Origin: Octopus sinensis
Taxonomy: Eukaryota
Direction: 5' to 3'
DNA: 64,000 nt
Assembly (NCBI RefSeq): GCF_006345805.1
Contig: NC_043006.1
Span: 103,912,001 to 103,976,000 of the forward strand
Every line of letters begins with the position of its first letter. Position 1 is the stretch's first letter. Under the pieces are notes generated by a model, which saw nothing but the letters and a program-made list of their open reading frames with translations, did not search any database and was not told the origin of the DNA. Below are positions 27,661-41,130 of the stretch, piece after piece. A program made the translations under genes and the position numbers.

Positions 27661-28802
27661 TGATGATGATGATGATGATGAGGAGGAGGAGGATAGAGGA
27701 AGGGAGCTAGTCGATACCATCGACTCTTGTACTTGACTGTTAGTCAATCTTATCGACCCTGAAGAGACGAAAGGCTTAGCTAAACTTGAGGGGTTTTGAA
27801 ATCAGAAAGTAAAAAGTCGGAAGGAATACAGTAAGTAGTTTCTTCCGACTAATAATAATACTAATGAAAAATGGTCAGTTTTCTATTAACCTGACGAGCA
27901 AAAGTGAATGTAGTTTTTGTTTAGAAAATATAGCAACCGGAAACTGGATCTATTACGAACCGGAAGTTAATCAATTAATGAACGATATCTGCTATCATAT
28001 TACCAGCTTATGTCTCTCAGACAGTTTTCGTATACATCAAAGTTGATTTTGTTTCAGAATAAAAGGCAAAGAGCCAAACAAACTTTGCAACCCAAATCAG
28101 TAACTGAATGAATAACTAAATACCAAATTCACAGATCCTTCCGTACTTCATTCATTGCCTTCTGTAAATTCTACACAGAAAACTACCTCGTTTATATGGT
28201 GTAAGAAATAAATCCAAATATTCACGGATTACTGAGAAAGTCCAGCTTCAACGTAAGTTCGTATTTAATTTAAACAAACCGTTCTTTATTTTGATTTTGT
28301 CAAAATATCGAAGAAATATGGTTTTTATGGTTGAATACTTAAGCTTGAATTATTATTTTTTTTATCCATATCCTGTTCAATCCCGAATGAATATCCTATA
28401 ATAATCACGATATTTTTGTTGTCCGAAAATAGCGACATTTCACTGCTTGATTTCAATAAAGAGTGCAAAGAAAGAAGCTAATGTGAAAATAGCATTGCCT
28501 TATTTCTACTGGGAAGCCTTTTACTTTTTTAACCAAATATTTAGACGCTATTATTTATAGCTTTATCTCATTCGAGTTTCACCGTTCTAAAAGAGAATCA
28601 TTGCTTTATTTATTAATCTCCATTTTGATTAGCCTTGAGGCAAAAAAAGCAAGAAAAGTAAACTTGTAAAACCGCTCTTGAATTTGACATTTCGTGTGAT
28701 TATTCTCAATTACAATCGTAATCATTACTTAAACTCTGTCTTGAGAAAATAACCATGTATCGATTCTTCATGACGTTATCACATTCTATTTTGGGATGTA
28801 TA

Positions 28803-29201
28803 TCTCTCTCTATATATATAAACGGCAAAATGTCTGTCTGTGTGTGTGTATATCCTTTATACGAATCCACAATTTTTCAGGTAGAGGGCTCGTACTTACT
28901 ATGGCCATTCAAAACCGTCCAAGGGTGGTCGTGCACATCTTTAAATTTCCCCAGTCACCCCGCAAAGCCATTAAAAAAATCAATAGAAGTGACTTTTTTG
29001 TGAATTTTCTATCCAAAATCCAATCAAAATGCCCGAAACTTGATACGCCAATTGGATGCCAGCTAGCTGTATGCGATTGGTCGGAGATTTGGACAGTACT
29101 CGCGTGTATGTGCACACGCACGCAGCTGCATATGCACACGCACGCAGCTGCATATGCATGCACTAGCACTATGACCCGGCAACGCCGGGTCATAGTGCTA
29201 G
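28803..29201 (+). mobile_element. Non-autonomous Helitron with an extended terminal palindrome
   Basis: A|TCTCTCTCTATATATATAAACGGC start; 3' hairpin CCCGGCAACGCCGGG and CTAG|T end. Confidence 0.85.
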
Positions 29202-29325
29202 TAAAGATATATAAATATATGTATATATATCAGAAATATTAAATTTCTAAATATCTCATAGAGATATGTGCGGTGGTGGAGCGATAGAGTGGTTGTATAC
29301 TGTCACGTTAGGTTGACAGTATACA

Positions 29326-29370
<45 letters not shown>

Positions 29371-29375
29371 ATATA

Positions 29376-29406
<31 letters not shown>

Positions 29407-30198
29407 CAAATGAAATAATTTTTACTTTGTCAAAGAGCTTTCTCACTATCGTTAAAGATGCAACACCAGTTGTCACTCACGAACGAGTATTCCAGAGAGA
29501 GAGAGAGAGAGAGAGAGTTGAACCAGTAGTCAGCTGGGTAAACAAGAGATACCACGTGAAATGAAATGCATCACTCAAGAAAGCAAAACACCACCCTGAC
29601 CAGGAATTGAGTTCACAATATTAAGATCGCAAGCCGAATGCTCTACACACAAAGTCACGCACGTTAACAGCAGGAGAAATACTCACAAACACTCAGAAGA
29701 CATCTTACAGAGCTGACTTCAAATGTTCATAGAAATATATATTTTGGTCCTAATTAGACAAAGAAAATGCTGTCTTTAGATACATTACAAACGGATGTAA
29801 TCCTACGGTTCGTACTAAGATCATCCACATTGCCACATGTGTTATAACACTGTAATACATAAATGTATTCATATTATTGGTTATGTGTCATTCAGAACGG
29901 CGATAGTTAACTCTGAGAACAGAAGACGACAAACAGCGTGAATGAATGTATTCAAATTAGGCATGTAGAGAGAATTGAGAGGTCCGCAACGGGATGCCAG
30001 TTATATCTGAGGTACACACAGTAAAGCATCGGCACACGCACGTAATTCAGCACGCACACACACACACACACAGATAAACAAACAATCGTACACACATATG
30101 CAATATGCAAACGTATGAAGAAGTAATAGCTACCACGTGTTGATTCCTTGATCAGCCTCATCACTGAAACACATACACATTAACAGCCACTCCCTGCC

Positions 30199-30268
<70 letters not shown>

Positions 30269-31279
30269 CACACATACATACATATATATATATATATGTA
30301 TATTCTCTTATGTCTGGCGGGAGTCATTAGTGCCTTATTATTTAACACACTCACCGTCACCGGTAAAATGTCCACTTATTTCTTATTTTTATTTTCTAAA
30401 ATTTTCGTTGCGTCTTGCAACCTTTTCAATAGTTTTAACTCTGTCCGTTATTTACATTATATAAATGTATGTATATATATATATATGGATATGCGTGCAT
30501 GTGTGTTTGCCTATATGTGGGTGGATGTGAGTGAGAAGGCACGCGACTAGTGGCTAGGACGTGGCCCTCACGATCACAAGTCCGTGGTTTCGATAGCCAG
30601 ACGGGCGGTGCGTTGCTCCAGTTCACTCAGCTGTTACAAATAACCATGTGACGGACTGATGTGACGTTCAGTGAGGAATGTTGGTCAGCCGCGTACCCAG
30701 TTGGAGTGACAGCAATCTACAAGAAGCGCATTGTGACCAGCGGTGTATAGCAGCATCCTATAAGCCCCCCCCCTTTTTTGGGAGGTGTCTTCAGCTCTGG
30801 TGTTGGGTGCACGTCTTCTTTCTTCTTCTTTCCTCTGTTCCCTAGCCTCTTCGATGTATTGTCAGAAAAAAGAGGCTTTGAAAGCGATATTCACATATGC
30901 ATACATATGTATTAATGTATGTACGTATGAATTCTGTCTCTCTGTTCTCTCTCTGTATGTATATATATATATATAAGTATATTTATATGTATATTTATAT
31001 GTATATATATTTATGTATGTATGTATGTATATGTATATATACATATATATGTGTGTATGTGTGTGCATGTGTGTGTGTGTGAATATGCATATGTGTATGG
31101 ATGTGTATATGTCCGAAGGTGGGCAACGATGAATGATTTAACATATCATATCCATTACACGCGCAGTATTGCGTGTTATGATGAAAGCCACGTGACAAGG
31201 CGACAGTTGCGTTTCCGTCGCCATCATTTAAAGGGACAGATAAGAAGCAAGCGATATATGTATCTTTCGAATTGATTAA

Positions 31280-32010
31280 AGGTTAATTAATTTGGAACAG
31301 TTTAATCAATTCAATCATGTTACCAATTCAAAGACAAAATGGGGGGAGATCGTCAAACAATACGAACTGAATCCCAGCATACTTTGTCGCATTTTGTAAG
31401 ACGTTTGCGTAATGGATTAAAGAATTCCATTATTTCCGAAGAACTAGCAACTCCACCTTTAATCATGGCAAGTTTGAGATTTCATATAGATTAAAATAAT
31501 AAGGAATTTCACCGAATTCTTGGCTACTCTGCATATTATGCCAAATGGATTACTTCAAAATCACTAAAAATAGACTTTTCATCGACCAAACTTTTCTTAA
31601 CAAAAAATGTGACTAATCTATTAAAAATTACAATAAACAAGTAGGCGTGGTCACTAATGATGATAATGTATCTTTTCTACTTCAACAAATGCTTGCGACT
31701 AATTATTGCGGTAAACATTATCAAAATATTAGTAAACCAGTGACATTGTTTTGAAATTCTGAAATTCTTTTCAAAATCAAAATTCTTGAAAAAAAAAAGA
31801 CCAAAAGAACAGATGCTTACTACATCATCAGAAAAAAAAGTCCTATGGAGATATAGAAACTGTGAGAACATGGAAATGATTCACAAGAACGATTGTAATT
31901 GAGTGATAATTTAAGGTCCACTTTCCGTTCATTCATGTTTGATATTAAAACTGCTGAAAATAAAAGAAGGTAAAAGCCTACGCTGGAAAATTGCAGTTTC
32001 CTCTGTGTTC
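31280..32010 (+). mobile_element. Decayed Ty3/Gypsy pol (RT connection/RNase H) remnant
   Basis: Frames give KEFHRILGYSAYYAKWI (about 31502-31552) and SFMFD.K...KIKEGKSLRWKI (about 31930-31995). Confidence 0.65.
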
Positions 32011-32114
32011 TGCACTGTGAACCAGCAATCTCTAATTTGTGAACCTTTAAGTGAATGGATGATGCCCTAGTGCCAAATTTGGAAAGCTTCCCGTCAGTGG
32101 CTACATAATATAGA

Positions 32115-32552
32115 CGGCGAGCTGGCAGAAACGTTAGTATGCCGGGCGAAATGCGTAGCCGTATTTCGTCTGTCGTTACGTTCTGAGTTCAAATTCCACC
32201 GAGGTCGACTTTGCCTTTCATCCTTTCAGGGTCGATAAATTAAGTACCAGTTACGCACTGGGGGTTGATATAATCGAATTAATCATTTTGTCTGTCCTTG
32301 TTTGTCCCCTCTGTGTTTAGCCCCTTGTGGGTAGTAAAGAAATAGGTATTTCGTCTGTCTTTAAGTTCTAAGTTCAAATTCCGCCGAGGTCGACTTTGCC
32401 TTTCATCCTTTCGGGGTCGATAAATTAAGTACCAGTTGCGTACTTATGGTATAGACCCCTAAATGATGAAAAGCAAAACTGACATCAACGGAATTTGAAC
32501 TCACAATGTAAATGTTGCCCGGCGTGCTAACTATTCCGCCAGCTCACCGCCT
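32115..32552. mobile_element. Tandem plus-strand SINE C copies followed by an inverted SINE C head
   Basis: Head and domain motifs on + at 32115-32440 and on - at 32455-32552. Confidence 0.85.
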
Positions 32553-33659
32553 CCAGTTATTACGTAATATTCAAAATTTGTCGAGCAGTGTTTAACTCCC
32601 TTGCTTTAGGAAATCCCTTTTCAAATTGTGCAATGTTATAGATAAAATGTCTGCTGCATAATGTGTGAAAGACAATTGCATGCATAGCAGCCTCTCCCAC
32701 GGGTGCTTGACCTAGATGCGTGTCCTAGGCTTTCGCTAGTTCGTTGTGGTACTTATGTAGTCGTAATCATCCATTGACATCCTCTCGGTCCTCCAATCAT
32801 TAATCTACAAGAATATTATGGCTGAGACAGCTGAAGGGAAAGAGATCTGTACCTACATTTGGCTGTAGCCTGGCATTCATGTTAGGTCATGAATGGCAAA
32901 GAACGTAATTTCCAGAAAATAATTCAGTTCTTGAGAACGCAACGGACATCCAGTTCCTCACAATATACAATTCAAACAGTAAATATGTCAGCCATGGTTT
33001 AAAAATAGAGCGAAATAAATCAAATTTACTTTACTCTCGTTGATTCATTTATGCTTGCCTTCCGGCATATCTATCCATGCTACACAATCAAGAATGCATA
33101 TAATTTCCTAGATAAACACGATTTTATATGCCCTTTGAACATTTAAATTTGGAAATTTTATGTCTACTAATAACAATAATGTTTGAATATAGTAATTATA
33201 CTTTTTGTAATTATAATTATGATTGGTTACATAAGATTACTGTTATCATTAATAACCAATATGAAATAAGAAAATTGAAATGTTTAATATTGTAATTGTC
33301 TAGAGTAAAATACCTTTAATGTTTTTATGTAATCGATAAATGATGATAAAGAGTGTATGATCTATGTATAAATACACATATATAGGTCATAACAGTTTAT
33401 TAAATAGATGAAAATGTTTAGAATATGGCTGCTTAACTATAAAGTAGTTGTGTCTTTTACATCGTATTCCGAAGCCACAATAACTATGGCAGCTGATGAT
33501 AATTATGTGTGTTAAACTCATTAACGGATTACACCAGGAAGTTTCTTCATTGAAATTTGGATGATGCCCTTTTTCTCTTCCTCTTGTCAACGTGTACATA
33601 AGCATCTACATATACATGTACATGTGCGTACGTATTCATAAACATACATACACACATAC

Positions 33660-33735
<76 letters not shown>

Positions 33736-33744
33736 ATATCTTGT

Positions 33745-34035
33745 GTTATCATTATTGTTTTTACGTATTTTTGTATTCTTATTCGTGTAACATCGTCCGG
33801 TTTTCCGTCCTTGTTTTGTATACATCCGAGGCTTTCTTCCAAGGAACATAATGCGCTTCGCTTAGATTTTCCTTTGGGGCTGGCCAGATCGGAGCAATCT
33901 CAAGATTAATCAGCGGAAATTGCGAAGATGATCCGGTTCTTGACTGAAGATTGAAGGCTTCGAGTGTCTCGTCCGTGTTTATTGTATCGTCTTCTAAATG
34001 TTTCACGTTCTTGTCCCAGTTTGTATTTTTTTACA
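33745..34035. mobile_element. Second copy of the 770-1080 repeat, opposite orientation
   Basis: Contains the reverse complement of CTTCAGTCAAGAAC...GCTGATTAATCTTGAGATTGCTCC. Confidence 0.7.
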
Positions 34036-34040
34036 TTTAC

Positions 34041-34078
<38 letters not shown>

Positions 34079-34089
34079 ATGTGTGTGCT

Positions 34090-34266
34090 TTTCTTGGATT
34101 TATTTTCTTCGGGCCTTTCTTCTGCCATCTTTCTGATGAAGAGTCATGGTCGAAACGTTTCTACATCAACTCTTTTCCCCATCTTATACTGAGCGTCAAC
34201 CAAATGTATTTCATGTGTACATCTTTTGAATTTTGTTGTTTTCTTACTTTCAATTTTCGATTTGCC

Positions 34267-34270
<4 letters not shown>
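34090..34270 (+). mobile_element. Penelope-like terminal repeat remnant with decayed hammerhead motif
   Basis: CTGATGAA-GAGTCATGGTC-GAAACGTT (34133-34159); downstream CTGAGCGTC is shared with the 52490-52680 copy; ends in (TA)n. Confidence 0.5.
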
Positions 34271-34310
<40 letters not shown>

Positions 34311-34430
34311 TATGTATGTATGTGAATCGAAATAGTTTGATCCAAATTCCGTGATACTTATAATTTCAAAGCATAAATTTATGCTTATCCTTAGCCATTT
34401 GTCCACTCATTTGAGAGTATAATATATATA

Positions 34431-34490
<60 letters not shown>

Positions 34491-35009
34491 ATGAAATGGG
34501 TTTGTACTACGCACCCACGAAACATTAAGTTGATTTGGAGCTGAGTCAAACTGTTATTGAAAAATATATATTCATGCTCATATGTTTGTGGTATTCCTGT
34601 TATTTTTATTCTGGACTAAGACCATGCTGGGGCACAGTTCCAGTTTCTCTTGGGTGGTGGAGATCAACTGTTTTGAATTCGTTTTACTGAAAGTTGGTGA
34701 ATAATTGAATTTGTAGCTTCTTTTCATGGTATAGTTGTATTGTTGTGATAAAATATTCTTGTTAGGAGTTTGTTCAACATTCCCTGAATATTTCTGATTT
34801 CTTTAAATAAGCAGCTGGGCACTTGAGGACCTCTAAATATCTGATGGTTACAATAAAATGGGTGTATGTGGAAGCCGGTAGTATTTGCCAGTTTGTGCAT
34901 TTAAGTTTCTCTTAGTGCCAAAATGTGTGACATGACCTTCAAAGTACTTCCATATCATGGGCTGCTTAGCTTAATGGTAGAGACTACTCCGCGGCGAGCT
35001 GGCGGAAAA

Positions 35010-35245
35010 GGCGGCGAGCTGGCAGAAACGTTAGCACGCCGGGCGAAATGCGTAGCCGTATTTCGTCTGCCGCTACGTTCTGAGTTCAAATTCCGCCGAG
35101 GTCGACTTTGCCTTTCATCGTTTCGGGGTCGATAAATTAAGTACCAGTTATGCACGGGGGGTCGATGTAATCGACTTAATCCGTTTGTCTGTCCTTGTTT
35201 ATCCCCTCTGTGTTTAGCCCCTCGTGGGTAGTAAAGAAATAGGTA
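35010..35245 (+). mobile_element. Full-length young SINE family C
   Basis: Head GGCGGCGAGCTGGCAGAAACGTTAGC, B-box-like GAGTTCAAATTCC, central domain, tail TTAGCCCCTCGTGGGTAGTAAAGAAATAGG. Other copies at about 6140-6360, 8130-8290, 36260-36580, 41160-41500, 49940-50152 (-), 56265-56520 (-), 57028-57258 (-), 59530-59740 and 60678-61090. Confidence 0.88.
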
Positions 35246-35449
35246 CAGACTACTCCGACGGTATCCGTGAGGTACGGATTTCGATTCTTCGTAGCCGCCT
35301 GTTCGATCTTTTTACACTGGCAGTGCTCCAGCAAGGGCACGGCCTTTGCGCTGATACGTATAAAATAATATAAATAGCATTCTATCTCTCGGTAATGTCC
35401 AAGCGGATAAAGATGTAAACTCTAAGACGTTCCTAGTAACTGAAGTTTT

Positions 35450-36040
35450 TTAATTAATCATGTTATTACTATACATTCTCTTTAACCCTCTTTTTTTCTC
35501 TTTTTAAAAGACCGGGTATGTTCGGTGGATCGCTATCCAATATACTCAAAACTATGATTGTCCATAAATCAACATAACAAATATTTTTTTGCGACAAGTG
35601 TACGCAAGGTCCCTCCTGAGAAATTCCTACAATCAGAGGTTAGTTTCGTACAATGCCTAGTGAAAGATTCAGCATTTACTATAACAATTTCTAAGTCCCA
35701 TATTGCATTAAAGATTTAAATTGCTTCATTTTATAACGTCAAATAATTCATATTATGCCTATACACTTAACATTTATGATTCTGAAATTCCGATGCTTTA
35801 AATTTCATATTATTTTCATCTGCCCACCTCACTTCCGACAGAAATGGTGTAGCTCATTCTAAAATGTACAAGCGGTTTCTGCTTCAGTTTTGATTGCCAT
35901 CGATATATTTTTGTGTCATCGACGTTAACTCGTTAGATTGAGTGTAAATACCTATGATCTTATACCTGAGCAAAACATCAAAAGCCGTACGGAGATTTCC
36001 ATCCTCAAATGTATATCTTTGTAATTCTATCAAAACTGTC
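35450..36040 (-). mobile_element. Decayed CR1/L2-group LINE reverse transcriptase fragment
   Basis: Minus frames give VDDTKIY (catalytic xADDTK), WADENNMKF..SEFQ and DLEIVI. Confidence 0.65.
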
Positions 36041-36090
36041 ACGAGCAATCATATTCACGATGAAGCACAAAAGAAACAACATTTACTCAC

Positions 36091-36156
36091 CTTTTTTCGA
36101 AAGATTTAATTAGTAAAGGATCCAAAATATTTTCCTCTGGTTCCCAGGTACTGTGC
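36091..36156 (-). CDS. Cbx: Internal coding exon of a Polycomb/chromobox (CBX2/4/6/7/8-type) gene; C-terminal half of the chromodomain
   Basis: Minus strand reads polypyrimidine tract ...ttccttttttacag|G CAC AGT ACC TGG GAA CCA GAG GAA AAT ATT TTG GAT CCT TTA CTA ATT AAA TCT TTC GAA AAA AG|gtgagt. This translates to HSTWEPEENILDPLLIKSFEK, matching the Pc-family motif (Y/H)(S/N)TWEPEENILDxRL. Its 66-nt length and phase 2-2 match, from recall, the third exon of vertebrate Pc-type CBX genes. The paralog cannot be assigned. Confidence 0.92.
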
Positions 36157-37599
36157 CTGTAAAAAAGGAAAAAAACAAAATATAAAGAAATATGTTTAAA
36201 CAGACCAAAAATTGAATTTTAGTACACAAAATTGATTCATTAATTTTTTAAATACAAATTTTACTTTCTGAGATTAAGTTCTGCTGAGGCTGACTTTCTG
36301 TTTTGTCCCTCACAAGTATCGATGAAATAAGTACGAGTTGAGTACTAGAGTCAAGGTAATCGACTGTCCCCCTCCCCCCAAAGTCTTGTGTCTATAGTAG
36401 AAATGATTAATATTTTAAAAATAAATTTTACGTTCTGAGTTCAAATTCCACCGAGGCCGATTTTTCTTTTCATCCTTACGGGGTCGATAAAATAATACCA
36501 GTAGAGTACTGGTGTTGCTGTAATTGACTAGTCCCTTTCCCAAAAATCTCAAGCCTTCTGCCTTTACAAAAAAAGATTATTTTAAATACAAATTATAAGA
36601 AATAAATCGCGGGCAAATTTTTTGATCATGTTTGAACGAGTAAACTACGAAGCTCCCTGAATTAACATAAGTGGCTGGGTATTCCACAGTCACGCGTACC
36701 CTGAATGTAATTCACAGGCGTAGACGACGTGACTCTATGTGACAAAGATGGACCTTTAAAATACAATTATAGTCCACCCGAATGGGCTTCTATTCAATTT
36801 CCCTTTAACGAATTTTACACACAGGATATAGAGAAATGGAAGGCTATAGAAAATGATACACTACACTTTCCTAAAATATCGCACTGTGGAATCGAACGTG
36901 TTTTGGGATAGTTCCCGTTCGTCAAGTTTCACTGAGAAAACATTAACCAACCCGAAACTATGGTAAAAAGATACATTTACTCAAGGTGCTGTACAGAGAG
37001 ATCGAACCCGAGACCCGATAATTATGTAGCGAAGTCCTTAATCACATAGCTATATCCCTCTTCAATTGCAACCTGTACACCAAAGTAACATCTTGTGTAA
37101 TAGATCGAATAGGTGTCAGACGAGAATATTAAATTATAATTCCAAAATTAAAGACGTCATTATATGCAACCTAACAGTGATTGCTTAAGATAAATTAATT
37201 AGTTTTTAGAACCATTTAGTCTCCAAGATTAAAGTGATCAGTTTGAAAAATCCAAAAGTATGACGGTTAAACCGTCATATAAAATATTTCCCATCAAAAG
37301 CTTTGTGAACGGGTGTGGCCTACTCGTTAGAGTATTTGGCTTATGATCATAAAGCTAGGGGCTCAATTTTTGGACTACGCAGCGCTTTGTGTCTTCAAGT
37401 AAAATACTTCATTTCTCATTCATCCCGTCTACTCAGGTAAAAATGGGTAGCAGTTGGAGGGGGTGCAGCCTTCTCTGTCTTCAGCTTGAACGCCCTGTGT
37501 CAAAATGACTACATCACTGAAAATAATAACATCTTGGGAGTACAGTTCTATATTGGAATAGATGAAGAATTCCCCAAAGGATATCGTGAGTCTGTATAT

Positions 37600-38430
37600 A
37601 ATCCATATCACCCTTACTTTTGAATAGATCAGATTAGTTGGCTTACAACTACAGGACAAGTTGACTTACATATACAGAAACGTGAGAGAAACAATCATCA
37701 TATGAGCAAAAGCTTATTATATACGAGCAAGCGAGAAGAGATCAAAAACAGTGACAAGAGGTGTGATAAATACAACACATCTTGCAGAGATCATACACCT
37801 TCATAGTTCAAGAACTGGAGACAGCTATTAAATATTTGATGAATCTCATAAGATTATCTCTAAACCTCAATTATCTGAGAGAAAATGTCGATTGTGCCGT
37901 ACCAGTAAGTGAATTATCACATTCACTATAAGCCGTTGCCAAATCTATTCACGGTATTATCCGCAAGATGGCTCGATCTGATGGTGATATCAAAGACGCT
38001 TAAAAACCAGAATGTACCCACGCCCTCAAAAATAAGGAACACTGGTGAAACAGTTTAATAAAACATCAAACCTGGGCAAGACCGATACACCTGGTATTGT
38101 TCTGTGGAACAGAGAAGAACGTCCATTTGCTGTGATAGAGGTCAGCTGACCAATAGATACATGATGTTCCTTCTAAACTTGTGCGGTGGAGAAAACACCA
38201 TGGTCAGCGTATTTAGCTCCTTTCTAAACCCTATAATTTCCCATTGCGCTTCTTAATTATTAGAGGCGGAGTGGGTTATGTAACAACACGTTAGCGTAAA
38301 AGTCTTCTACTAGTGTTTATTTTCAAAAACAGATAAAACGCAAACAGACCAGAATCCACTGGTTTCAATCGATTTATGGTACAGGGAAGATGTGTAAAAT
38401 ATTCCAAGGATTCTTCATTTGAGCTACGAT
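37600..38430 (+). mobile_element. Decayed RLE-type non-LTR retrotransposon (CCHC finger and endonuclease)
   Basis: RKCRLCRT...SRC zinc finger, KNKEHW, PGIVLWNREE...VIEVS; homologous to 46140-46620. Confidence 0.65.
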
Positions 38431-38980
38431 GAATGAACATTTTATACACATAATAAATAACCATATAACCTATGACATAAAGTAATCGCACACACTCGTG
38501 TTCTTAAGATATGCGCACCCTTTACATGAACGTGAGTATATTTACACAGATACCTGTATAAGCTCTTGTGTGTACGCCTGTGTGTGTGTGTATTTTTGAC
38601 AACATTAACTCAGGCATTGACGTATCCCTAAAGCTTTGTCACAGTTTTTGAGAACGGCTTGAATCCTTCGGAGAACCAAAATAGGACTCATAGAAAGTCA
38701 AAAACACCTCCATGCATACTTGTATACATACTTGTATACATACAAATATACCTACATTCATACATATGTTCATAAATACATGCGTATTAACAAAGATAAG
38801 TAGAAGTACACATTCTGCGACCTGGGTATATCATACCTATGTTTCGGTGCACAGCGACGGAAATTTTGACACTATTCTCCTTGTAAATGTTTAAGTGAAG
38901 TTAAGTTTTGTGAGTTTCTAAATGCCTAAGACTAACTTAAGCCTACCAGGCTAGAAACGCCATATATATATATATATAAT

Positions 38981-39019
<39 letters not shown>

Positions 39020-39020
39020 C

Positions 39021-39054
<34 letters not shown>

Positions 39055-39157
39055 CATGCATACATACATACACACATAAACACATACATACACACATACA
39101 TACACACGCATATATGTATATATATGTACAAATCACATACGGACGCACAAAAACGAA

Positions 39158-39224
<67 letters not shown>

Positions 39225-39818
39225 TCACACACGTATATATATATACATATATATATATAAGTATATAAATAAATATATATACATATATATACAAATATCT
39301 ACATACATACATGCATACATACATACATATATATATATATATATTATATATATATATATTATATATATATATATAATATACATATATATATACTATCTTT
39401 AGCAGCCCCATCAACGATAACAAAAGTAACTACTACTACAACAACAGCAACAACAACAACTACTACTACTACTACAGCGGGGATAGCGTTCGTCGCCTAC
39501 ATTACTAACAGCAGCATCTCTGTTAATCCAAAATCCGCCCGACAGGAAAACAACTACGAACATCACAACCATAAAATATAACACACACACACACACGCAC
39601 ACACACACACACACACGTGCACACAGGCGCACGCACACAAACACATACGCGCGCGCGCATATTCACATTTATAATGTACTCGTACCTAATCTTAAAGAAT
39701 CTAATATGAACTGTATCACCTGACCTCGTCTGACCTCACCTGATCCCACCTAACTTCATAAACAGGAAGCAAATACCAATAGCGAAGGAGACAAGGGGAC
39801 CTTGTGTACGTACTTGTC

Positions 39819-39861
<43 letters not shown>

Positions 39862-39872
39862 GTGTGCGTATG

Positions 39873-39903
<31 letters not shown>

Positions 39904-40193
39904 GAACACACACAGATATATGTGTATATATATATATACACACACACAATTATAGATATGTGCATATAAATAGGTTATATAACCATACAAATATATATAT
40001 GCACAAATGTATGCAAATATGCGCGTGCGTTTGTGTTTATATAGATTTCGATCCGGTGATCGCGAATTCGCAACACTAAGGAAATCAATATTACAAAGTA
40101 AACGAACTGTGTGTAACTTGCATATTTCAACATAGCCAGATGTTTCAACTCACCTCTCTTCTGAAAAGAGGCCGGAATTGTAACAGCTGGCCT

Positions 40194-40225
<32 letters not shown>

Positions 40226-40479
40226 GATGCAAACGATAATGCAAAGAAATATTCAAAAAAGTATATTCTATTGAAGTAATTCCAAATGTTATTGTTGGAG
40301 GTTATAACTCAATATCTGGCTTTCAGCAGCAGCAGTCGCCCGAGTACCGATAAAGGAAATCCCCTTCAGATATATATAATGTCTGGTATCATCCGTGAAG
40401 AGATTTGCAAGAAATCGTGTATGGCGAAAAGTTCGTAATCGTCGAAGTTTAAAATTTCACTGATAATTTGATGTATAAT

Positions 40480-41130
40480 GTTTGGCTAATTTACCTAAGG
40501 TGTTTAAATTTTCTGGTTTCAAACCATGCCGATGTTATTCAGACAATAAAATTAGCTGCAGCGCTCACATAAACAGGAAAGTTGACATGGATCCTCAAGA
40601 CTTATCCTACTTTTTCCTACTTTTGCTTGCCCTCACCGTGAATACTGTTGACCACTGTGGTAAACGCGATACAGAATATGATGAAAATTGAAGTTCCCCA
40701 GAGATCAGTCACACACAAAAAAGAAATAGATGACATGACATGCCTTGACTATTGGGATCGTGAGCGCTATATAATCTGTATGATGTGGGTATCGACTTTA
40801 AAATTCATCCGAGGCTTGGCCCCCGTGCGATCCGTTCTCTACAGAAGTCATGTTGGTGTTGCATCACAACACTACGACAGAACTATTTCACCTCAACTGG
40901 TCCTGCTCTCTTCAACATCGTGCCAGACCACATAAAGGAGGAAGTGATTTCACGGCATTCAAACGGTCCCTAGATGATTACCTCCAACGAATTACCAGGC
41001 AAACCACCCACACCTGGACATGTCTCTGAAAACAATTACTCTCAGCTCGAATGACTGTGTATCTCTTCCAGGTGGTGCTATTAAATTAGACATGGCCTGA
41101 GTCAACTTCGGCCGAAACTTATCTAAGTAA
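40480..41130 (+). mobile_element. CR1/L2-group LINE 3' fragment
   Basis: RERYII, TLRQNYFTSTGPALFNIVPDHIK and LP..P..PG motifs typical of the ORF2 C-terminus. Confidence 0.65.

Noticed and set aside
30760-30880. Minus-strand basic peptide SKRLGNRGKKKKEDVHPTPELKTPPKKRG as the next Cbx exon (AT-hook-like)
   Set aside because: There is no good acceptor in the required phase 2 and no donor before it runs into a SINE. It remains worth a glance in RNA-seq.
33895-33975. Hammerhead fold around CTGAAGA in the 770/33745 repeat
   Set aside because: I could not assemble stems I-III around the core in either orientation.
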